A stretch of DNA of 64,000 nt, from contig OZ250140.1 in NCBI GenBank assembly GCA_965237475.1, positions 1,763,549 to 1,827,548 of the forward strand, given 5' to 3'. The stretch comes from Dehalococcoidia bacterium. Lineage in GTDB: Bacteria > Chloroflexota > Dehalococcoidia > Bin125. Below the pieces are notes generated by a model that was given only the letters and a program-made list of their open reading frames with translations, made no database searches and was not told where the DNA came from. Both the position numbers and the translations under genes were made by a program. Shown one piece after another: positions 8,787 through 18,128 of the stretch; within the stretch, counting starts at the first letter, position 1, and the number at the start of each line of letters is the position of its first letter.

Positions 8787-10463
8787 CTACTCAGCTGCGG
8801 GCGCGGGCAACACGCCGGCAGAGGACGTGGCTGCGGCGCCGCGCAGCGGCGCCTCGGCGGCCTGCAGCACGCGCTCGATAAAGCCCACGAAGAGCGGGTG
8901 CGGGCGACCCGGCCGCGAGCGCAGCTCGGGGTGGAACTGGGTGCCCAACATGAACGGGTGGTCGCGCACCTCTGCGATCTCAACCAGCGTGCCCTCCGGC
9001 GAGTCGCCCGACGCGATCAATCCTGCGCTCTCCAGTTGCCCGCGATAGAGCGGATTGAACTCCCAACGGTGGCGGTGCCGCTCAAGCACGACCGCGTCGT
9101 CGTAGAGCGACCAGGCCAGCGTGCCGGGCTGGAGGTGGCAGGGGTAGCCACCCAGGCGCATCGTGCCACCCATATGGGTGACCGCGAGCTGCTCGTCGAG
9201 CATCGCGATCACCGGATAGTCGGTGTCCTCGTCGGCCTCGGTGGTACCCGCGGTCTCCCAGCCGAGGCGGGAACGCGCGAAGCCGATCACCATGTTCTGC
9301 ATCCCTCGGCAGAGGCCCAGATAGGGCAAGCGCTGTTCGAGCGCGAACCGCGCCACGCTGACCTCGCCCTCGACGCCGCGCTTGCCGAAGCCGCCGGGCA
9401 CGATCACGCCCTCGACATCGGCCAGCCGCGCCGCGATCTCGGCCTGGCTCGCGTGATCCAGCTCGTCCGACTGCACCCAGGCGATCTCCACCTCGGTCGA
9501 ACGCTCGACGCCGGCGTGGATCAACGCCTCGCGCACCGAGAGGTACGAATCGCGCAGCTCGACGTACTTGCCGACGATCGCCACGCGGCAGCGCCGTTGG
9601 GGCCGGCCGAGCCGGGTGACCCACGCGCGCCAATGCTCCAGTCCGGTGTCCTCGCGCGGCGTCAACGCGAGGCGCTCGAGCGTCAGCGTGGTCAGGCCTG
9701 CGTCCTCGAGGATCTCGGGCACGTGATAGATGCTGTCCACTGTCAGGACGGGAATCACCGCGTCGAACGGCACGTCGCAGAAGAGCGCCACCTTGCGACG
9801 GATGCCGTCGTCGACGGGCACGTCGGTGCGCGCGAGAATGACATCGGGCTGGATACCCATTGAACGCAGCGTGCGCACTGAGTGCTGGGTCGGCTTGGTT
9901 TTGACCTCGTCGGTGGCCCGTAGATAGAACAGCGGCGTGACGTGAATCGCGAGCGTCCCGTGCGGCGGTTCCTCGTAGCGCATCTGGCGAATCGCCTCGA
10001 GGAAGGCCTGGCCTTCGATGTCGCCCACGGTGCCGCCGACCTCCACGATCAGCACGTCGGCGTTCGATCGCCGAGCCAGCCCGCGGACTCGTTCCTTGAT
10101 CGCGTCGGTCACGTGCGGCACGGTCTGAATCGTGCCGCCGAGATAGTCGCCCTTGCGCTCGCGCTCGATCACGAGGGCTGAGATCTGTCCCATCGTGACC
10201 GACGAAGCGCCGGTCAGGTCCTGATCGAGGAAGCGCTCGTAGTGGCCGAGGTCGAGGTCGGTCTCCGAGCCGTCCTCGGTCACGAACACTTCGCCGTGCT
10301 GGTACGGGGACATCGTGCCGGGGTCGACGTTGAGGTAGGGGTCGAGCTTCTGGACCGAGACGCGTAGGCCGCGGCTATCGAGCAGCTTGGCCAGCGACGC
10401 GCTGGCGATCCCTTTGCCGACTGAGCTGATCACGCCGCCGGTGATGAAGATGTAGCGGGTCAT
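8787..10463 (-). CDS. pyrG: CTP synthase
   Basis: MTRYIFITGGVISSVGKGIASASLAKLL..., synthetase domain, and a C-terminal glutamine amidotransferase domain (GLCRGMQ, HRHRWEFN). The ORF track extends 36 codons further upstream, to 10571; the conserved start is MTRYIF. Confidence 0.92.
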   Translation of the reverse strand: MTRYIFITGGVISSVGKGIASASLAKLLDSRGLRVSVQKLDPYLNVDPGTMSPYQHGEVFVTEDGSETDLDLGHYERFLDQDLTGASSVTMGQISALVIERERKGDYLGGTIQTVPHVTDAIKERVRGLARRSNADVLIVEVGGTVGDIEGQAFLEAIRQMRYEEPPHGTLAIHVTPLFYLRATDEVKTKPTQHSVRTLRSMGIQPDVILARTDVPVDDGIRRKVALFCDVPFDAVIPVLTVDSIYHVPEILEDAGLTTLTLERLALTPREDTGLEHWRAWVTRLGRPQRRCRVAIVGKYVELRDSYLSVREALIHAGVERSTEVEIAWVQSDELDHASQAEIAARLADVEGVIVPGGFGKRGVEGEVSVARFALEQRLPYLGLCRGMQNMVIGFARSRLGWETAGTTEADEDTDYPVIAMLDEQLAVTHMGGTMRLGGYPCHLQPGTLAWSLYDDAVVLERHRHRWEFNPLYRGQLESAGLIASGDSPEGTLVEIAEVRDHPFMLGTQFHPELRSRPGRPHPLFVGFIERVLQAAEAPLRGAAATSSAGVLPAPAAE

Positions 10464-10509
10464 GCCGGTCGCCCGCCGCCGCTCGATCCCGCGTCCGCGC
10501 GGCTCCTGC

Positions 10510-10755
10510 TCAACGGCGTCCTCCCTGCAGGTTGACGAGCAGGTCGACGCGGTCGCCGTCGTTGAGCACATCGTCGTGCTGGGCCTGCTCGTTGTTGATC
10601 ACCGCGGCGATCGCCTCCTGGTCCTGCTCGGAGAAGCCCTCGGCGTTGAGCAGGTCCTTGATCGTCAGGCCGTCGGACCAGTCAATCTCGAACGTGGGGC
10701 GCTTGGTCTTGGAGAGCGGGATCAGGGTCATGAAGAGCTTGACCTGGACTGCCAC
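10510..10755 (-). CDS. ThiS/MoaD-family ubiquitin-like small protein whose C-terminal GG is followed by RR
   Basis: 81 aa. C-terminus ...LNDGDRVDLLVNLQGGRR matches ThiS/MoaD sulfur carriers, with two extra residues after the Gly-Gly. Confidence 0.5.
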   Translation of the reverse strand: MAVQVKLFMTLIPLSKTKRPTFEIDWSDGLTIKDLLNAEGFSEQDQEAIAAVINNEQAQHDDVLNDGDRVDLLVNLQGGRR

Positions 10756-10798
10756 GGCGCGCTGTCCCCTCGTCCGAATCTACCTCTGCACGAGTCTA

Positions 10799-11686
10799 TC
10801 AACGCCCGATCCGGGCGAGCGCGTCGCGCAGAATCGCGGCCCCGGCCGATCGAACACCGCGTGAGTTGGGCGCCCCGCCCATCGGGTAGGGAAAGAGCGT
10901 GGCGAAGCGTGAGAGGCTGATGGCGAGGGCCTGCGCGCGGGCGGCTTCGGGCCCATCGGGATCGCAGCCACGCCAGAAGGTCGCGGCCTCGCCGCGCGCC
11001 GCAGCGAAGGCCTGCGCCGCGCGCGCGTGGCCCTGCGGTTCGATCGGGTCGTCGCCGGCAAGGATCGAGATCCAGCGCGCGGTGTTGACGGCCGAGGCGG
11101 AAGCGGTCGCTGCAGCCGCCGCAGCCGCCGTGTCCCGCAGCGAGGCGGCGTCCTCCGGCTCATCGGCGCCGAGGCGGATGATCACGAGCGGCACGGAGCT
11201 CTGCAGTTCGTCGTAGGGCAGCCACGGACCAACCTGGTCCGTCATCTGTCCGTCGCGACGCCAGGCGCGCCGATCGTCATCGAACCCGACGATCAACCCG
11301 AAGGTCGGCCCGAACGGATCGAGGCCCGCACGGGCTGCCACGATCGGTCGGCCGGCCGCGAGCTCGCCGCGCAGGCGGCGGCGGAGCAATCGCCAGCTCA
11401 GGCCGGCCGGCGGCTCGTCGCGGCGCGTCACATCGATCCCGACACCGAGCGCGCCGAGGCCCTCCGCCAGCCTGCCGGGCAGCTCCAGCGGGTCCGGCTG
11501 CGGCTCGAACCAGACGCCCTCCACGGGTTCCGTCGGCACCGGCGGCGGCGCGCCGGCGACGCCGCTGAGCGCGCAGACCACGGCGCTGTCGACCTCGCGT
11601 CCGATCGCCCGCAACGCGCCGACGAGGCTGCCGACGAGCGGGTTCCAGTTATATTCGTATTGGGCCTCCACCAGCCGCCGAGCCAC
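10799..11686 (-). CDS. hypothetical protein
   Basis: 295-aa ORF with consistent GC3 bias, packed between the ThiS-like gene and the divergently transcribed M16 peptidase. No family recognised. Confidence 0.4.
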   Translation of the reverse strand: MARRLVEAQYEYNWNPLVGSLVGALRAIGREVDSAVVCALSGVAGAPPPVPTEPVEGVWFEPQPDPLELPGRLAEGLGALGVGIDVTRRDEPPAGLSWRLLRRRLRGELAAGRPIVAARAGLDPFGPTFGLIVGFDDDRRAWRRDGQMTDQVGPWLPYDELQSSVPLVIIRLGADEPEDAASLRDTAAAAAAATASASAVNTARWISILAGDDPIEPQGHARAAQAFAAARGEAATFWRGCDPDGPEAARAQALAISLSRFATLFPYPMGGAPNSRGVRSAGAAILRDALARIGR

Positions 11687-11740
11687 TGCGGGCCGTCCTT
11701 CCCCAGCTTCGGCGCGCCGCCATCGAACAGGCGAAGCCGA

Positions 11741-13051
<1,311 letters not shown>

Positions 13052-13053
13052 CG

Positions 13054-13755
13054 ATGGAAACCGTGCGAGCCGTCCTGCTGGTCGCCGCCGGATCGTCGGT
13101 CTCGTCAGATCAAGCAGACGCGATTCTGCTCGAACACCCCGCGATCGTGGACGGGGCGTTCGCAGATGGCGCCCTCGACGCGGCCGCGGCGCAGGTCGCG
13201 CGGCTCGCCGACGGGGAGACGCCGCTGTACCTCGCACTGCCGCCGATCGCGAGCGGACTGGCCCGCGATTACCTGCTCGCCACGCTGCGCGAGGGCGTCT
13301 ACGGAGTCTCCGTCGCCGACCCCACCAGCCTTGAGCAGGTGCGCTACGCGGAGAGTCTGATCGAGGAAGCCGAGCGCCGCGCTGAGCTGCGACTCGGGCT
13401 GACCGCGATGGCCGTCTGGTTCAGCACGGCGCGCGCGATCTCGATCGCGCCGGAGACGCTGGCGAAGCTGCGCTCCGGTGCGGGCAGGGTCACCTGGGCC
13501 GGATTCGACGCCGAAGTGCTGGCCGCGGCGCTCGGCATCGAGCGCGGATCGGCCACGCTCGACACGGCGCGTGCGCTGCTTGTGCTCGCGACGGCGGCCG
13601 AGGGACTGCCGCTCGTCGAGCGAATCGCCGCCGGAGATCGGGGCGCGGCAGACGCGGCGCGCGCCGCCGGCGTTCGGGGCGTCGCCACGACCGAGCACGA
13701 CGCTCTGGCGGGTCTGCGGTCGGAGTTCCCCGGGGGCGACGCCGACTCCGACTGA
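13054..13755 (+). CDS. divergent HpcH/HpaI aldolase / citrate-lyase beta-like protein
   Basis: 233 aa. Weak colinearity with the downstream CitE-like gene (RAVLLVAAGSS ~ RSMLSVPG; GAGRVTWAGFDAEVLAAALGIERGS ~ LVGICVGGEDYAVSIGVRRSKGGE). Tightly packed, 3 bp after the M16 gene. Confidence 0.4.
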   Translation: METVRAVLLVAAGSSVSSDQADAILLEHPAIVDGAFADGALDAAAAQVARLADGETPLYLALPPIASGLARDYLLATLREGVYGVSVADPTSLEQVRYAESLIEEAERRAELRLGLTAMAVWFSTARAISIAPETLAKLRSGAGRVTWAGFDAEVLAAALGIERGSATLDTARALLVLATAAEGLPLVERIAAGDRGAADAARAAGVRGVATTEHDALAGLRSEFPGGDADSD

Positions 13756-13832
13756 GAGCGCGCTGGCAGGCTGTTGGGGGGCGAGCGATATGCTCGCGTC
13801 CGACCGAGCAGTCCGAATCGAGGAGTCGGGTT

Positions 13833-14723
13833 GTGGCCACCACCGTCATCCGCAGCATGCTTTCCGTGCCGGGGATTCGTGAACGATTCATCGAGAAGGC
13901 GCGCGACGCGGCGGCCGATGTGCTCTGCTTCGACCTCGAAGACTCGGTCGCCTGGGACGACAAACCGACGGCGCGCGCGTTGCTCGGTCGGGTGCTGCCG
14001 GACTTCCCGAAGCGTGGTCGCAAGGTGTTCGTGCGGACGAACGGGTATGACACGGGCTTGATCGAGCAGGAGCTCGATGCACTGGTGCATCCCTGGCTCG
14101 ACGGGGTCAGCGTGTCCAAGGTCGAGACGCCGCGCGATGTCGAACGGATTGATGACTATCTGACGCTGCTGGAGCGGGCGCGGGGCTTGGCGGATGGTCA
14201 GGTCGCGATCGTGGCGTGGATTGAGAACGCGCACGCCGTGGCGAACGCGTATGAGATCTGCCAGGCGTCGGAGCGGTTGGTGGGGATTTGCGTCGGCGGC
14301 GAGGACTATGCGGTGAGCATTGGCGTGCGTCGCAGCAAGGGTGGCGAGGAGCTCGCGCACGCGCGCCGCACCGCGGTCAACGCGGCTCACGCCGCCGGGG
14401 TTCTGCCGCTGGATACGCCATGGACCGACATTCGCGATCCCGAGGGCTTCGAGGACGAGCTGCGCCGGATGCGTGAGATCGGTTTCCGCGGCAAGTTCTG
14501 CATCCACCCCGACCAGCTCGCTCCGGCCAACCGCGTCTTCGCGCCCGCCGAGGGGGACACCGAGTGGGCCCGGCGGGTGGTCGAGGCCTACGAGGACGGC
14601 GTGGCGAAGAACCTCGGCGCGGTCGCGCTGGACGGCCAGATGATCGACAAGCCGGTGCTCGAGCAGGCCGAGAACATGCTGGAGTGGTCGAGCCAGATCG
14701 CTGAAATGGAAGCGGCCCGCTAG
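13833..14723 (+). CDS. CitE-like CoA-ester lyase (HpcH/HpaI aldolase family)
   Basis: RSMLSVPG...CFDLEDSV...AIVAWIENAHAV...VGICVGGEDYA...FRGKFCIHPDQL. Confidence 0.75.
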   Translation: MATTVIRSMLSVPGIRERFIEKARDAAADVLCFDLEDSVAWDDKPTARALLGRVLPDFPKRGRKVFVRTNGYDTGLIEQELDALVHPWLDGVSVSKVETPRDVERIDDYLTLLERARGLADGQVAIVAWIENAHAVANAYEICQASERLVGICVGGEDYAVSIGVRRSKGGEELAHARRTAVNAAHAAGVLPLDTPWTDIRDPEGFEDELRRMREIGFRGKFCIHPDQLAPANRVFAPAEGDTEWARRVVEAYEDGVAKNLGAVALDGQMIDKPVLEQAENMLEWSSQIAEMEAAR

Positions 14724-14730
14724 GTCCGTC

Positions 14731-15003
14731 TCATGCGCCTGCGCGAACGGCGACGATCGACACGACGAGCGCGTTCACTTGATCGAAGTACACGGCAACG
14801 TTGTGGAACGTGAGCACGAAATCGGACGGCGCGCTGGGCTGGTCGCGCAAGTCAGTGACCCGCGGATGGCTTGGTGTCGGGTCGAGGAACAGCTGCGCCA
14901 ACGCCCGCTCGTAACGAACGCCGTCTAACCACGAGAGCCCGGCCACGTCGGCCTCAGCCTCCCGCGTGAGGGCAACGTCGTATCCCCGCGGCCACATGCT
15001 CAA
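14731..15003 (-). CDS. RelE/ParE-fold type II toxin
   Basis: 90 aa. YDVALTREAEADVAGL...FVLTFHNVAVYFDQVNALVVSIVAV resembles the RelE/ParE layout. Overlaps the upstream antitoxin gene by 4 nt. Confidence 0.55.
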   Translation of the reverse strand: MSMWPRGYDVALTREAEADVAGLSWLDGVRYERALAQLFLDPTPSHPRVTDLRDQPSAPSDFVLTFHNVAVYFDQVNALVVSIVAVRAGA

Positions 15004-15581
15004 CGACGGACAGCCCGACGGACACGACCAGCCGCGATATCAGCTCTCCCGCGCCGTAGCTGTGCGCGGAGTTCGTCGTCCGTCGCAAGCTGCCTGAGTA
15101 CCCAGTCGATATCCGCCTCGGGCACATCTGCTTCCCGGTCGGCTGCTTCGAGTTCGGAACGCAGGAACTCATGCATCGTGGACCAGCTAAATGGGCTGTT
15201 GTCAACGCGGCAGTTGGCCAATGCCCAGGGCGGCTCCTGCGGCGATAGCGCGGCCAGCTCCGCGGCGGAGCGGTCGCCAAACCGCTCGTAGACGAACCGG
15301 ACGGCGCCAGCAATTCCCTGCGTGGGCACGGCCAGGGGCACGGGCGACAACACCGACGGCACGGAGTCGCAGCCCCCGTAGCAGTCCCAGACTTCGCGCA
15401 CGATAGGTCCATCATGGGCAACTTCGATTGGATTCCCAAACAGCGCGTCGCCGTAGAGCGCCAGCGCGAAGCCCTGCGCGTAGCAGCACAGGCGCTGCAG
15501 TTGCATGTGCTCGAGCTGTTTCTCCTCCGCGTCCGCAAGCGTGAGGAACCAATCAGCGACATCCAACACAGAAAGGACCAT
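15000..15581 (-). CDS. Panacea-domain (DUF4065 / SocA-like) antitoxin
   Basis: MVLSVLDVADWFL...LQRLCCYAQGFALALYGDALFGNPIEVAHDGPIVREVW matches the DUF4065/Panacea signature. Charged C-terminal tail. Confidence 0.65.
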   Translation of the reverse strand: MVLSVLDVADWFLTLADAEEKQLEHMQLQRLCCYAQGFALALYGDALFGNPIEVAHDGPIVREVWDCYGGCDSVPSVLSPVPLAVPTQGIAGAVRFVYERFGDRSAAELAALSPQEPPWALANCRVDNSPFSWSTMHEFLRSELEAADREADVPEADIDWVLRQLATDDELRAQLRRGRADIAAGRVRRAVRR

Positions 15582-15608
15582 GAGGGCCTCCGCTGTCAGT
15601 GTACGAGC

Positions 15609-16793
15609 CTAGAGCGCGCCCGGGGGCGGCTGGTTGAGGCGGAACGCGCCCGTACGGTCGTAGGCGCTGTCGGCCACGTAGATGTGTTGCGACGCTGCGG
15701 TGAGGTCGCGCAGGACCTTCTGCAGCGGGTGCGTCTCGAACGCCGCCGCGCCGCCGCCCGCGTGCTGCGCGAAGCGCGCGATTTCGAGGCACGCGTCGGT
15801 CACCCAGGTCACCATGCCGCGAATCCGCGCGTCGTCGGCCGGGGAGATCTGCTCACCGCGCTCGCGCTGCGCCATCGCGCCGTCGAGCACATCCAGCGCG
15901 TAGGCGCGGGCTGCTTCCTAGCGACAGGACGCCTCGCCGAAGGCGTGCTGGAACGAGCCGCGCGCCGCGATCGGCGCGCTTGAGCCGAAGCGCACGCGCG
16001 AGGCGTCAGCGCCGATCAGCTCCAGCGCCCGCCTCGCCGAGCCGAGCGCGATGCCGGTGTGTCCGGGGCTGAGAAATGTGATCGTGGGCAGCTCGAACCA
16101 CGGCCCGCCGCGCGCGATGTGGCGACCACCGAACGGCAGCGCGAAGGCGTTCGGTACAAACACATCGTCGAATCGGTAGTGGTTGCTGCCCGTGCCCTCC
16201 AGCCCCATCACGCGCCACGAGTCTTCGATCTCCACGCTGCCGATCGGGACGACCGAACCGACCGCGCGCGGAACCCCACCCGCCGCAGCGGACGGCGGCG
16301 CAGGGTTCTCCACGATCGCGTTCGCCAGCACCCACTCGCAGTGGCGGATGCCGCTGGCGAAGGACCAGCGTCCGTCCAGGTGGTGGCCCTCGTCGACGAG
16401 GCGCGCGCGGCCTTCCGGATTAGCTGTCCCGGCGACGCGCGGGAATCCGTCGCCGAAGACGGCGTCAAGACCCTCGCCAGCCGCCATGTGCGCGCCGACC
16501 ACGCCCGCCGTCTCGGACTGGATCATCGCCACCCAGCCGCTCGAGCCATCGGCCACCGCCAGGCGCTCGAACACCTCCACCTGCGTGGCCGGATGCACGT
16601 CGTGGCCGCCGACCTCGAGCGGCGAGGCCATCGCGAAGATGTCGGCCGCCTCGAGCGCCAGGACGGATGATTCGCTGAGCGTGCGGAGCTGGGTCGATTC
16701 GTCGGCGTGCTCCCTCAGGACGTCGTGCAGCGATTCGGCGCGTTCCAGCCAGGCGCTGCGCGCACATCGCCGTTCGGGGGTGGTTCGACTCAT
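15609..16793 (-). pseudogene. acyl-CoA dehydrogenase-like (HsaA/flavin monooxygenase type) paralog interrupted by an in-frame TAG
   Basis: ORFs 15918-16793 and 15609-15890 are in the same frame, separated by one TAG at 15918-15920. The joined product (~394 aa) is colinear with the intact paralog at 16853-18025. Confidence 0.6.
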
Positions 16794-16852
16794 GGGGCGC
16801 CTCCGATTCGCAGATCAAGCGTGGTGACTCACTGGCTGTTTCACAAGCTGCC

Positions 16853-18019
16853 TCAGAGCCCCGGCCGGACGGGGAGGCCGAGCGCGTGGCGGCCGACGCG
16901 CTGGAAGGAGCCATCGGCGACGATCACGTGCTGCGAGACGGTCTGAACCTCGCGCAGCAGCCGCTGCAGCGGGTGGTCGAGGAAGACCGCATCGCCGCCC
17001 GCGGCGCGGTGGGCGGTGCGGATCACCGACTCCGCGGTGCGCGTCGCCCAGGCCGCCGCGCTGCGCGCCGTGTCGTCCAGCTTCACGGCGTCCGCGACAT
17101 CGCGAACCGGCGCGTCGGCCAGGTCGCGGAAGAGCTGGACGCCGTGACCGCGAATCGCGCGCGTCGCCACGACGATCTCGCCGAGTTCGAGTTGGAAGGT
17201 CTCGCGCTCGGCCAGCGGCGCGCGCGAACCGAGCCGGACCCGCGTCGAGGCGATCTCCGTGACCTCCTGAATCGCCCGCTCGGCGAGCCCCAGCGCGATC
17301 CCGTAGGCGGCGGGACAGAGGAAGGTCACGGTCGGCCGGGCGACCCAGCCCGATCCGCGCAAGACCGGCTGCTCGAGCGGCTGAAGACGGAAGTCCTCGC
17401 TGACGAACTCGTCATCCAGCCGGTAGTGGTTGCTGCCCGTGCCCTGCAGCCCGGCCACATGCCAGGTGTCCTCGATCTGAACCCGCTCACGTGGGACCGC
17501 GGCGGTGACCAGTTCGGGCGGCCCCGGCTCACGTTCCACACCGTCGTTGAGGATGCCCTGCGCGATCACCCAGTCGGCGTGATGGATGCCCGAGCCCCAA
17601 CCCCAGCGCCCGCTGATGCGCCAGCCGCCCTCAACCGGCCGGGCCTCGCCGCCGGGGAACGGTTGGCCGGCGGCGACCGGCCAGCGCTCCGCGCCGAAGG
17701 CGCGCTCGATGCCCGCGTCGGGCAGTCGCGACCCGAGCCAGGCTGACTCATGTGCGCCGATCATCACGCACCATCCGGCCGAGGCGTCGTGCGCCGCCAG
17801 CGCAGCAGTGACTTCGACATGTCCATCGGGGGCGATGTTCGCGCCGCCGACCTCGGCTGGTGCGAAGATCGAAAAGAGCTGGTGTTCGTGCAGCGCGTCG
17901 ACGACTGGCGCGGCCAGTTGGCGCAGCCGTTCGTTCTCCACGGCATGTGCGCGCAGGGTCGGGCCGACCGCCTCCGCCGCCTCCAACCACTGGCCGTACG
18001 ACGCGTCGTGAGCGCTCAT
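16853..18019 (-). CDS. acyl-CoA dehydrogenase family protein (HsaA-like, type 2)
   Basis: Likely ATG at 18019, preceded by a GAGGAGG RBS. The ORF track begins at a TTG at 18025. Paralog of the interrupted gene above. Confidence 0.75.
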   Translation of the reverse strand: MSAHDASYGQWLEAAEAVGPTLRAHAVENERLRQLAAPVVDALHEHQLFSIFAPAEVGGANIAPDGHVEVTAALAAHDASAGWCVMIGAHESAWLGSRLPDAGIERAFGAERWPVAAGQPFPGGEARPVEGGWRISGRWGWGSGIHHADWVIAQGILNDGVEREPGPPELVTAAVPRERVQIEDTWHVAGLQGTGSNHYRLDDEFVSEDFRLQPLEQPVLRGSGWVARPTVTFLCPAAYGIALGLAERAIQEVTEIASTRVRLGSRAPLAERETFQLELGEIVVATRAIRGHGVQLFRDLADAPVRDVADAVKLDDTARSAAAWATRTAESVIRTAHRAAGGDAVFLDHPLQRLLREVQTVSQHVIVADGSFQRVGRHALGLPVRPGL

Positions 18020-18062
18020 GATCAAGCCTCCTCAGCCGGGGCGCTCAGGCTACTCGCGCCTA

Positions 18063-18103
18063 GACTGAAGCGGACTGAAGCGGACTGAGGCGGACTGAGT
18101 GCG
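18063..18103. repeat. four tandem copies of a 10-bp unit GACTGA(A/G)GCG in a divergent promoter region
   Basis: gactgaagcg gactgaagcg gactgaggcg gactgagtgcg, read directly from the sequence. Confidence 0.8.
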
Positions 18104-18128
18104 GTGAACGAAGGCGCGAGGGGCGTGT

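Noticed and set aside
15609-16793. Treating 15918-16793 and 15609-15890 as two separate genes
   Set aside because: Same frame, separated by one TAG, and together colinear with the neighbouring paralog. Called as one interrupted gene instead.
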